Positions 56,330-64,000 of a stretch of DNA of 64,000 nt are shown here, piece after piece. Both the position numbers and the translations under genes were made by a program. This stretch comes from a bacterium. Its GTDB lineage: Bacteria > Patescibacteriota > UBA1384 > CAILIB01. A model generated the notes under the pieces. That model searched no databases and was not told where the DNA came from. It worked only from the letters and a program-made list of their open reading frames with translations. The DNA lies in NCBI GenBank assembly GCA_037131105.1, contig JBAXRQ010000001.1, positions 560,589 through 624,588 of the forward strand. Direction: 5' to 3'. Within the stretch, counting starts at the first letter, position 1, and each line of letters begins with the position of its first letter.

Positions 56330-57072
56330 TTGTTGAGAGTGAAGATTATCGGTGCACCTAGCGGACCTATAGTGATATCGCCCGAGGTAGGATCACTGGT
56401 ACCGGCAGTAGTTGCGTCAACAAGGGTTATTTTCATTTCAAAGCCCGCGCCCTGGTATTTGCTGCTGCAGTCACTTCCATGGAAAGCATTGGTGAAGTTC
56501 GTCCTGTTAGTATTATAAGGAGGGAAGGGAGGCTGACAGATGATGCGGGGCAGGCCGTGCTCGTTCACCCCGAACAGTATCCGTATAGGCTGCCCGGGAT
56601 CGATGCTATTAGGGGATACGGCGACAGTAGCCCCACCCAGCCGGACTGAGGAAGAGGCGGTCACGCTTCGCAAAGTGGCGACATAGACAGGTCCTGGCAA
56701 AGAGCCACTGCCAGTCTGGCCTCCGGCCAGGTTAGGAGGACGACCGATATAGTCAAGGGACTTGTAAGCGTCAACCACGCAGTAAACCGGTCCGACGTTA
56801 AGCGGAACAGGACTGGTGGCAGTATCAGGAGCAGTGGTAAGAGTGACCGAAACAAAGCCCATTTTCATGCCGTCAGTATCGGTACCTGGAGCTGCAGCCG
56901 TTCGCTGGGCATACTGTATGCAGTCAACGATATCCTGGGCTGAGCCAGCGAACTCCTGCTGTCGAATAAAGCCGTTATACCGTGGAACGGCCACCATAAG
57001 GACCGCAACGCTGATGGCAGCGGCAATGATCAGCTCAATAAGGGTGAAACCGGTAGGGCGTCGAAGGATCAT
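56326..57072 (-). CDS. FimT/GspH-like minor pilin
   Basis: RRPTG|FTLIELII..AVP.Y; ATGA overlap with pilD. Confidence 0.8.
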   Translation of the reverse strand: MILRRPTGFTLIELIIAAAISVAVLMVAVPRYNGFIRQQEFAGSAQDIVDCIQYAQRTAAAPGTDTDGMKMGFVSVTLTTAPDTATSPVPLNVGPVYCVVDAYKSLDYIGRPPNLAGGQTGSGSLPGPVYVATLRSVTASSSVRLGGATVAVSPNSIDPGQPIRILFGVNEHGLPRIICQPPFPPYNTNRTNFTNAFHGSDCSSKYQGAGFEMKITLVDATTAGTSDPTSGDITIGPLGAPIIFTLNK

Positions 57073-57851
57073 GGGTATAGTATATACCATCGGAGGAAGG
57101 CTTGTCCCGCTAGTAGCGCAAGGAGTAGGCCAAGATACAAAAATGGACCGAAGGGTATGGCGCTCGCATAGCTTTTTTTCCTCATCAATACCAAGACACT
57201 GCCCAGTATGGCCCCGGAGAAGACTGCCGCCATTAGTCCTACGAATATCATCGGAAAGCCCAGAATGGCCCCCATGGCAGCCGCGATGACCAGGTCACCT
57301 TCCCCCATTCCTTTCTTATGAAACAGCAGCAGCCATCCGTAGAGCACAACCGCCAGGCTTCCTGCGCCCGCCACCGCACCCAATAAGGCGCTCTGCCAGG
57401 TCAGTTGGCCGCTCACTACCATAGTGACTCCCCCTATGATTCCTGCCACCAGTACGTAGTCCACTGGTACCTCCATCAGAGCCAGGTCCACCAGCGTCAC
57501 TGAAAGTAGCACTAGCAAGGAAAGTGCCAAGCCGGCAGCCAGCACCCAGCTCCCCCGTTCTAAAAAACCGTACCAAACTGAGAATATAGCCAGGCAGGCT
57601 GCTAGCAGCTCCACCAGCGGATATCGAGTCGAGATCGCCTTCTTGCAATGCCTGCATCGTCCAGCCTGTACCAGAAAGCTCAGTACCGGCAGCAGCTCAT
57701 ACCAAGCTAGATCATGCTTGCAGTGAGGGCAGTGGGAACGTCCGGTGACTATGCTCCCCCTCTCCCGGTCGCGGAGAGCCACGACATTAAAAAAGGAGCC
57801 GAGGATGAGCCCCAGAATCCCGGCAAGAGTAATATAAAAACCGTTTGTCAT
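57069..57851 (-). CDS. pilD: Prepilin peptidase
   Basis: GSFFNVV..R, SHCPHC, GRCRHC, YPLVEL, GMGEGD, PFGPFL. Confidence 0.95.
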   Translation of the reverse strand: MTNGFYITLAGILGLILGSFFNVVALRDRERGSIVTGRSHCPHCKHDLAWYELLPVLSFLVQAGRCRHCKKAISTRYPLVELLAACLAIFSVWYGFLERGSWVLAAGLALSLLVLLSVTLVDLALMEVPVDYVLVAGIIGGVTMVVSGQLTWQSALLGAVAGAGSLAVVLYGWLLLFHKKGMGEGDLVIAAAMGAILGFPMIFVGLMAAVFSGAILGSVLVLMRKKSYASAIPFGPFLYLGLLLALLAGQAFLRWYILYP

Positions 57852-57880
57852 ACCTCGTAAGTATACGCTATACTCGACTC

Positions 57881-58612
57881 ATGCCACAACCGCTCAAGGT
57901 CGAAAAACTTAGCAAATCCTTCTACGGTGAGCCAGCCGTACGAGACCTATCCTTCTCTGTAAAGGCCGGAGAAATGCTTGGCATAGTCGGGCCAAACGGT
58001 GCCGGCAAGACCACCACCATCAAGATGATCCTCGGACTGCTGCGACCTGACAGCGGCAGGGTAAGCCTGTTTGGCAAGGAGATCTCAGATCCCGAGGTAC
58101 GGAGACGTATCGGCTATATGCCGGAAAGCCCTTCATTTTACGCCTATCTAACCGGCCGAGAGCTGTTGCAGTTGGCCGCTGATCTCTTCGACATCCCCAA
58201 AAAGCAGAGCCGGCCCCGCATCCAGGAACTATTGGACCGAGTCGGACTGAAGGATGCGGCTGACCGGGGGCTGGGAGGCTATTCGAAAGGCATGCTCCAG
58301 CGCATCTGCCTGGCCCAAGCCCTGGTAAACAAGCCCGAGCTACTCTTCCTGGACGAACCTCTGGACGGCCTTGATCCCCTCGGACGAGTACGTATGAAAG
58401 AAGTGCTGCTGGAGATCCGCTCCGAAGGCACCGCCATCGTGTTAAACTCCCACATCCTTAGCGACGTGGAGGTCATGAGCGACCGGATAGCCATTGTTGA
58501 CCGCGGCCAGCTTCTTCGGCTCGGCAGTGTCTCCGAGCTGATCCCTATGGGCAAGACACTGGAGCAGGTATTTATCGAAACCATTGAACAGGCCGACGCT
58601 AGCCGCTCTTAA
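57881..58612 (+). CDS. ABC transporter ATP-binding protein (PilH-like)
   Basis: GPNGAGKTT, YSKGMLQR, LDEP. Confidence 0.9.
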   Translation: MPQPLKVEKLSKSFYGEPAVRDLSFSVKAGEMLGIVGPNGAGKTTTIKMILGLLRPDSGRVSLFGKEISDPEVRRRIGYMPESPSFYAYLTGRELLQLAADLFDIPKKQSRPRIQELLDRVGLKDAADRGLGGYSKGMLQRICLAQALVNKPELLFLDEPLDGLDPLGRVRMKEVLLEIRSEGTAIVLNSHILSDVEVMSDRIAIVDRGQLLRLGSVSELIPMGKTLEQVFIETIEQADASRS

Positions 58613-58616
58613 CCCT

Positions 58617-59393
58617 ATGCTCAAAAGCCTCTCCCCCATCCGCACCATCGCTATCACTACCTATAAGGAGCTGATCCGTGACCGGCTGCTCTACGGCATT
58701 CTGGTAGCCGCCCTTCTGGTCACTTCTGCTACCTTTTTTCTCGGCTCCATCTCGCTGGACCAGGACCACCGGGTCATTCAGAATATCGGCCTGGCCTCCA
58801 TCCATATCTTCACCACCTTCATCCTGATCTTCGTGGCTTCCAATGCCATCTTCAGGGACATAGAGCGACGGGCCCTCTATCTGCTCTTGCCCAAGCCTAT
58901 TTCCCGCACCCAGTATGTGCTGGGCAAGTACGTTGGACTATTGCTTCTGCTGCTTACCACCCTCGTGGTATTGGGTGGCTTCTTCATTGCCGGCGGCTTC
59001 TTCATAGACCGCTCTCTTATCCTCGGCACCCTGATGGTACTCCCCTATTCCTTCCTAGAGATCTCGCTCCTGACCGCCCTCTCCATACTGTTTGCCTCCT
59101 TTGCCGCCCCGCTGAACGCTTCCCTCTATACCTTGGCCTTCTTTATCATCGGTCACTCGCTCGGCTCGGTTCGTGCCTATCTTGACCGATTTGGTACTCC
59201 CTTGGCCCAAAATCTGACTGCCGTCTGCTACTATCTGCTTCCCAACCTGGATAAGTTCGACATTCGTCAGGCGGTGCTCTATGGCATGCATATCTCCCCT
59301 GCCCAGGTAGCCTGGAGCCTGCTCTACTGGCTGGTCTATACCGGCCTCATTCTCGGTCTTGCCGTACTGGTCATCCAGAAGCGGGAGGTCTAG
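58617..59393 (+). CDS. ABC-2 permease (PilI-like)
   Basis: IA..T+KE.IRDR.LY, IERR.LY.LL.KP.SR..Y+LGKY.G, multiple TMs. Confidence 0.85.
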   Translation: MLKSLSPIRTIAITTYKELIRDRLLYGILVAALLVTSATFFLGSISLDQDHRVIQNIGLASIHIFTTFILIFVASNAIFRDIERRALYLLLPKPISRTQYVLGKYVGLLLLLLTTLVVLGGFFIAGGFFIDRSLILGTLMVLPYSFLEISLLTALSILFASFAAPLNASLYTLAFFIIGHSLGSVRAYLDRFGTPLAQNLTAVCYYLLPNLDKFDIRQAVLYGMHISPAQVAWSLLYWLVYTGLILGLAVLVIQKREV

Positions 59394-60257
59394 GTGGGAA
59401 AGGCCTCCACAAATTTCGGTATCTGGTTCCTGGTCTTTCTGGCCCTAGGCAGCTTGGCATCAAGCCAATACCTCTACGATGCCGGCGCTGACGGCTATAC
59501 CCATCAGCTGAAGGCAGCCATCCTCCACAACGACCATCCCCTCATCCCCTCCCTCCCTATCCTTAGGGCGCTGAGTCTGGGTAATACCTCAATGACCGCC
59601 GATATCCTCTGGCTGCAGACCATCCAGTACTATGGCGGCGGCGATATCTACGGAAAATACGAATCGCTCGGTTCCCTGCTGGACACCATCACCCAGCTCG
59701 ACCCCAAGTTTAACTACGCCTATCAGTTCGCCCTCATCGTATTGCCGTACATGGGACAGGCCGATATGGCGGTTAAGATAGGATTACGGGCCCAGCAGGA
59801 AGGCCTCAATGACGGCCTCATCACCTATTACCTGGCCAGCGTCTACCATTTGAATCTCAAGGAGTACAAGCAGGCCGCCAAGTACTACCAGCTGGCTTCT
59901 ACCCAGTCCGGCTCGCCTACCGCCGCCAAAACACTGGCCGCCACTGCCTTGGATAATGTAAGCGGTAGCCTGGCCGACCGCCTGGTGGCTGCCGACTACT
60001 GGAAGACCGTCTTTGACAATGCCACCGATCCCGACCAGAAGAAGCTGGCCGCCAGCTGGTACCAGCAGATGCAGAATGTCTATAGCATCGAGAAAGCTTC
60101 CCAGGACTTTCATGCCAAACAAGGACGCTTCCCAAACAGCCAGGAAGAGCTGGTGCAATATGGATTGCTGCCAGCCGAACTTGGCTCGCCGGTGGGACGG
60201 GTCATTACTTTAGATCCCAAGAGTGGGAAGGTGGACTTCAGCCAACGAGCTCAGTAA
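59394..60257 (+). CDS. Membrane-anchored TPR-like protein (PilG-like)
   Basis: N-terminal TM, AD.LWL..IQYYG, LD..T.LDP.F..AY, C-terminal GRFP.S.EELV..G. Confidence 0.65.
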   Translation: MGKASTNFGIWFLVFLALGSLASSQYLYDAGADGYTHQLKAAILHNDHPLIPSLPILRALSLGNTSMTADILWLQTIQYYGGGDIYGKYESLGSLLDTITQLDPKFNYAYQFALIVLPYMGQADMAVKIGLRAQQEGLNDGLITYYLASVYHLNLKEYKQAAKYYQLASTQSGSPTAAKTLAATALDNVSGSLADRLVAADYWKTVFDNATDPDQKKLAASWYQQMQNVYSIEKASQDFHAKQGRFPNSQEELVQYGLLPAELGSPVGRVITLDPKSGKVDFSQRAQ

Positions 60258-60268
60258 AACGCTCACAA

Positions 60269-60304
60269 ACTAAAATAGGACCACAATTGCGGTCCTATTT
60301 TAGT
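60269..60304. terminator. Bidirectional terminator
   Basis: actaaaataggacc-acaattgc-ggtcctattttagt. Confidence 0.85.
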
Positions 60305-60317
60305 GCTTAGCGGTCGA

Positions 60318-60908
60318 TTAGCAGGCAGGAGTAGCGCTAACAGGAGGAGTTCCCGATACTGTGGTAAACCCAGTGGAGCCATCAGCTGACTCAAAGATAG
60401 AGGCATTGACAGGGATAGAAGTGTCTCCAGAAGAAACAAGGCCAGAGGCCCAGAAGTGATAGCCAGGCTTAGAAGTAGAAGCCACTACTGTACCGTCACT
60501 TCCTAGCCCAGCATGGTCCGTTGAACAGTAGTTGTAAGTAATACCAGAACCAGAAGTTTTGGTAATCCTAGCACCGTACGTACCCTGACCAGTGGCGCTT
60601 AGAATGCCAGTAAAGACTGCTGCAAACCTTGCCGAAGCAGTAGTATTAGTCAAAGTATATGGAGCTTTCAAGGCAGCTAGACCAGCAACAGTCAGGTCAG
60701 TCTGAACAATGCCGCCAGAATTGTTGGCATCGTCGTTCTTGAAGTTCTCGATAGAGTTTCCAGCCGCTTGAACATCGCTCTTAGCACCCGCATTGATAGC
60801 CTTTACCCGAGCATTCTGCAGCTGGGTCAGTACCAAGGTTGCCAAGATGGCGATGATGGCAATAACCACCAACAGTTCGATAAGTGTGAATCCTTTCAAT
60901 CTACGCAT
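60318..60908 (-). CDS. pilA: Probable major type IV pilin
   Basis: MRRLKG|FTLIELLVVIAIIAILA; own promoter TTGACG-18-TATACT (60948-60977), AAAGGAGG SD and terminator. Confidence 0.85.
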   Translation of the reverse strand: MRRLKGFTLIELLVVIAIIAILATLVLTQLQNARVKAINAGAKSDVQAAGNSIENFKNDDANNSGGIVQTDLTVAGLAALKAPYTLTNTTASARFAAVFTGILSATGQGTYGARITKTSGSGITYNYCSTDHAGLGSDGTVVASTSKPGYHFWASGLVSSGDTSIPVNASIFESADGSTGFTTVSGTPPVSATPAC

Positions 60909-61018
60909 ACGTGCCTCCTTTGATTAGTTCGATTAATGCTTGTACTTAGTATAGGGTCCTGCCTGTTAGCTCGTCAACACTTCAGCTTCATTTCAGCTTC
61001 GTTATCCATCCATAGGCA

Positions 61019-62221
61019 TCAGATTGAAGTGCTGATGGTATAGATTGGAAGCAAGATAGCCTGCACCAGCCATGCGACACCGAGGGCCAGGATGATGATA
61101 ATGACCGGCTCAACCAGGGCAGCGAGGCCCGAGACTTTGGCATCCACCTCGGACTCATAGTACTCAGCCAGCTTGACCATCACCTCATCCATCTTTCCGG
61201 TCTGCTCACCTACCGCCACCATCTGGGAAACCATGGGTGGGAAGAGATGATCCGCAGTGATAGGTACGCTCATGGGGATACCACGCTCTACATCAGCAGC
61301 TACCCTGGCTACGGCGCCCTTCTGCAGTGAGTTGGTAAAGGAATCATCCACCAAGCGCAAAGCGTCTAGCAGAGGCACACCGGAGTTCAGAAGCAGTCCT
61401 AATAAGCGGCCGAAGCGGGCCATACTGGCTTCCTCGATAATAGAACCAAGCACCGGCAGCCTTAAAGAGACTTGGCTATAGAAGCGTACACCGGTAGCCG
61501 TGCGCAGGAATACCCTGACGGCGATCACGATGATCACCAGAGCGAGGATGACAAAGTACCAGTCATTGATAAAGAAGTCGGACATGGCCAGCAGGAAGCG
61601 GGTGGAAGCTGGCAACACCTGGCCGGAACTAAGGAAGACGTCCTTCAGCTGCGGGATAACCTTAACGGTCATCACGATAGCTACACAAACCATGACGAAG
61701 AGCACGAAGGCCGGGTAGATCAGGGCTCCGCGGATCTTGCTGCGGATAGAGACGTCCTTCTCCATGTCATGGGCCAGCTCCTTCAGGACCACTTCCATGC
61801 GGCCGGTAGCCTCACCTGAGCGGACTACGTTGATGAACACCGAGTCGAAGACATCGGGATACTTAGCCAAGGCATTGGAAAAACTGAAGCCATCCTGCAC
61901 GTCATTCAGGACACCGGTCATAACCTTCTGGAAGCGTCCTTGGCCGCCTTGAGCCACCAGCAGGCGCAGAGCCTGGCTCAGAGTAAGACCAGCCTCTACC
62001 ATGGTAGCCAGCTGTCGGGCAAACAAGGTCCGCTGCTTCAGACTTACCTTCCCGATGAATGGAACGTACTCCATCCAGTTTTTAGGCAATGAGATGGTGA
62101 TCGGGGTCAGGTTGTTCTTCTGCAGGATCTTGCGCGCCGACTCAAGGTTAACCGCCTGGATACGTCCAGTAACGATCTTATTGTTCGCGGTGCGGGCCTG
62201 GTAGACGTAGTATTGGACCAT
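61019..62221 (-). CDS. pilC: Type IV pilus platform protein PilC
   Basis: FARQLATMVEAG, GEATG, ALIYP, VGEQTG, EP..II. Confidence 0.95.
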   Translation of the reverse strand: MVQYYVYQARTANNKIVTGRIQAVNLESARKILQKNNLTPITISLPKNWMEYVPFIGKVSLKQRTLFARQLATMVEAGLTLSQALRLLVAQGGQGRFQKVMTGVLNDVQDGFSFSNALAKYPDVFDSVFINVVRSGEATGRMEVVLKELAHDMEKDVSIRSKIRGALIYPAFVLFVMVCVAIVMTVKVIPQLKDVFLSSGQVLPASTRFLLAMSDFFINDWYFVILALVIIVIAVRVFLRTATGVRFYSQVSLRLPVLGSIIEEASMARFGRLLGLLLNSGVPLLDALRLVDDSFTNSLQKGAVARVAADVERGIPMSVPITADHLFPPMVSQMVAVGEQTGKMDEVMVKLAEYYESEVDAKVSGLAALVEPVIIIILALGVAWLVQAILLPIYTISTSI

Positions 62222-62227
62222 AGGGGG

Positions 62228-63301
62228 CTAGTAAATCATCATCTTTAGACTCTTAGGATCAACAGCCCAGTTCAGCGCCTCGTCAACGGAGATCTCGCCC
62301 TTACTGACCAGCTCGGCTAGCGCCTTCTCCATGGTGATCATGCCTTCAGCGGCGGACGTCTGGATGAGGTTTGGCAGCTGGTGGGTCTTACCCTCACGCA
62401 GGATAGAGCGAACAGCTGGGTTGGCGACCATCACCTCGGAGACCAGTACGCGTCCTCCCTGGACCTTGGGTAGCAGACGCTGTGATACGATACCGATGAG
62501 CATTTCGGAAAGCTGCTGGCGAACCTGATTCTGGCGCTCATTTGGGAACATGCTAATGACGCGCTCAGCAGTCTGGGCAGCCGAGTTGGTGTGCAGTGAT
62601 GTCAGGACCAGGTGACCAGTCTCAGCCATCCGTAGGGCTGACTCAACCGTCTCCAGGTCGCGCATCTCACCAAGCAGCACTACATCCGGATCCTCACGCA
62701 GGGCGGAACGCAGGGCGCTGGCGAACGAGGGAGTGTCCACCCCTACCTCGCGCTGGGAGACCATGCTCTTCTTCTGGCTGAAGAGATACTCTATAGGATC
62801 CTCAATAGTAATGATGTGGCCGCGACGCTGTTCGGAGATATGGGCGACGATGGAGGCCAGCGTAGTGGACTTACCATGGCCGGTGGGACCTGCGACGATG
62901 ATCAGACCCTGATGGTGTTCGGCCATCTGTAGCAGTATGGGAGCGACACCGAGGGTAGCGGGATCCAGTATCTCATTGGCCAGGACACGCAGGCTGGCGG
63001 CAAGTACACCCTTGGTATAGAACACGTTCACACGGAAACGGTGGTCACGGTAGCCGAATGAGAAGTCCAGCTCACGGCGGGTGGTGGAGATCCGCTCAGC
63101 CAAATGCTGGCCGACAAAGTCGCCGATCAGGGCATTGGCCTGGTCAGCGGTAAACGGCGGTTTGTCGAGGCTACGCAGAAGTCCGTCGACCCGGATGGTC
63201 GGCGAGTACTGTTCAGCGATGTGGAGGTCCGATGCGTGGTTGTCGATAGTCTGATCGAGCATCCACGCCATGTCCGGGTTGAGGGAGGTTGATTGGTTCA
63301 T
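62228..63301 (-). CDS. pilT: Retraction ATPase PilT
   Basis: ASDLH, GPTGHGKSTT, TIEDPIE, LREDPDV, AETGHLV, AVRSILRE (AIRNLIRE variant). Confidence 0.93.
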   Translation of the reverse strand: MNQSTSLNPDMAWMLDQTIDNHASDLHIAEQYSPTIRVDGLLRSLDKPPFTADQANALIGDFVGQHLAERISTTRRELDFSFGYRDHRFRVNVFYTKGVLAASLRVLANEILDPATLGVAPILLQMAEHHQGLIIVAGPTGHGKSTTLASIVAHISEQRRGHIITIEDPIEYLFSQKKSMVSQREVGVDTPSFASALRSALREDPDVVLLGEMRDLETVESALRMAETGHLVLTSLHTNSAAQTAERVISMFPNERQNQVRQQLSEMLIGIVSQRLLPKVQGGRVLVSEVMVANPAVRSILREGKTHQLPNLIQTSAAEGMITMEKALAELVSKGEISVDEALNWAVDPKSLKMMIY

Positions 63302-63313
63302 GTACTTATTCTA

Positions 63314-64000
63314 TCACTTGTTTGATGTCTCACGCAGCACCTCATCTAAGGTGGTGATACCGGAAATGACCTTCAGTAGCCCATCCTGATACATTGTTAT
63401 CATTCCCTCCTTCTGGGCTTCCTCCTGAATGGCAGTGGCAGAGGCATGGGAAAGGGTCAGCTCCTCGATCTTCTCAGACATATTCAGTACCTCGTAGATA
63501 CCAACCCGACCAAGATAGCCTTTGCCATTGCAGAGGTTACATCCCCTACCCTGCGAGAAGTTGATAGGATGGGTAATACGCTTGGCGTCCATAGGACTCA
63601 CCTTGGCCACGGTTTCCAAGTCGCGAGCAATCTGGTCCTTTACTCCCTGTGGCAGACTGATCTCGCTCTTGCAGTTGTGGCAGATCTTACGCACCAGACG
63701 CTGGCCCATGGCCACGTTCAAGGAGGAGGCTATAAGGAACGGCTCGATACCCATATTGGTGAGACGAGGGATGGCGCCGGAGGCATCATTGGTATGCAGG
63801 CTTGAGAGCACCAGATGACCGGTGAGGGCGGCCTGGGTAGCCATAGTGGCGGTCTCCCCGTCCCGGATCTCACCTACCATGATAATGTTCGGGTCCTGGC
63901 GCAGGATGGACCTCAGACCTTCGGCGAAGGTATAGCCGATCTTAGGACGGATCTGGCTCTGATTGATACCCTTCACCTCGTACTCTACCGGGTCCTCCAG
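63314..64000 (-). CDS. pilB: Assembly ATPase PilB, 3' part (truncated by window end)
   Basis: [29 protein letters not shown], CxxC...GCxxC..GY.GR. Confidence 0.93.
   Translation of the reverse strand: MEDPVEYEVKGINQSQIRPKIGYTFAEGLRSILRQDPNIIMVGEIRDGETATMATQAALTGHLVLSSLHTNDASGAIPRLTNMGIEPFLIASSLNVAMGQRLVRKICHNCKSEISLPQGVKDQIARDLETVAKVSPMDAKRITHPINFSQGRGCNLCNGKGYLGRVGIYEVLNMSEKIEELTLSHASATAIQEEAQKEGMITMYQDGLLKVISGITTLDEVLRETSNK

Noticed and set aside
1-64000. Alternative genetic code (UGA=Gly)
   Set aside because: RF2 is present, conserved genes are uninterrupted in code 11, and several end in TGA

Overview
A gene-dense, moderately GC-rich chromosomal segment that looks like a Patescibacteria (CPR) genome. 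This assignment is inferred from the paired VirB4/VirD4-like ATPases, the DUF5663-like gene, shortened Mfd/SecD/RplA and broken ribosomal operons. RF2 is present and TGA acts as a stop, so the genetic code is 11. Housekeeping genes include ftsZ (3' end), manC, two epimerases, a UvrD-nuclease fusion, rmuC, a RluA-family synthase, secDF, gmk, tgt, rplJL, rplA, pth, ybaB, prfB, cysS, recR, topA, dprA, mfd, rplU-secE-nusG-rplK, rodA, ileS, an RNase H and rsmH. There is also a type IV secretion-like ATPase locus, several secreted or surface orphan genes, and a type IV pilus locus. The most interesting signals are: (1) a candidate ~140-nt sRNA at 45842-45984, with its own promoter and terminator, that displays an anti-Shine-Dalgarno loop complementary to the major pilin RBS, in a genome where many core genes look leaderless and strong SDs occur mostly on surface or orphan genes; (2) a second ~225-nt candidate ncRNA at 37221-37446; (3) a two-copy structured intergenic element with a conserved core; (4) an IleRS2 whose HIGH motif reads PLHT; (5) a TGT and a UvrD-nuclease that have lost their metal-binding cysteines; (6) a Myxococcus-like pilH/I/G module inside the pilus locus. 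All calls come from reading the sequence by eye; no database searches or folding programs were run.
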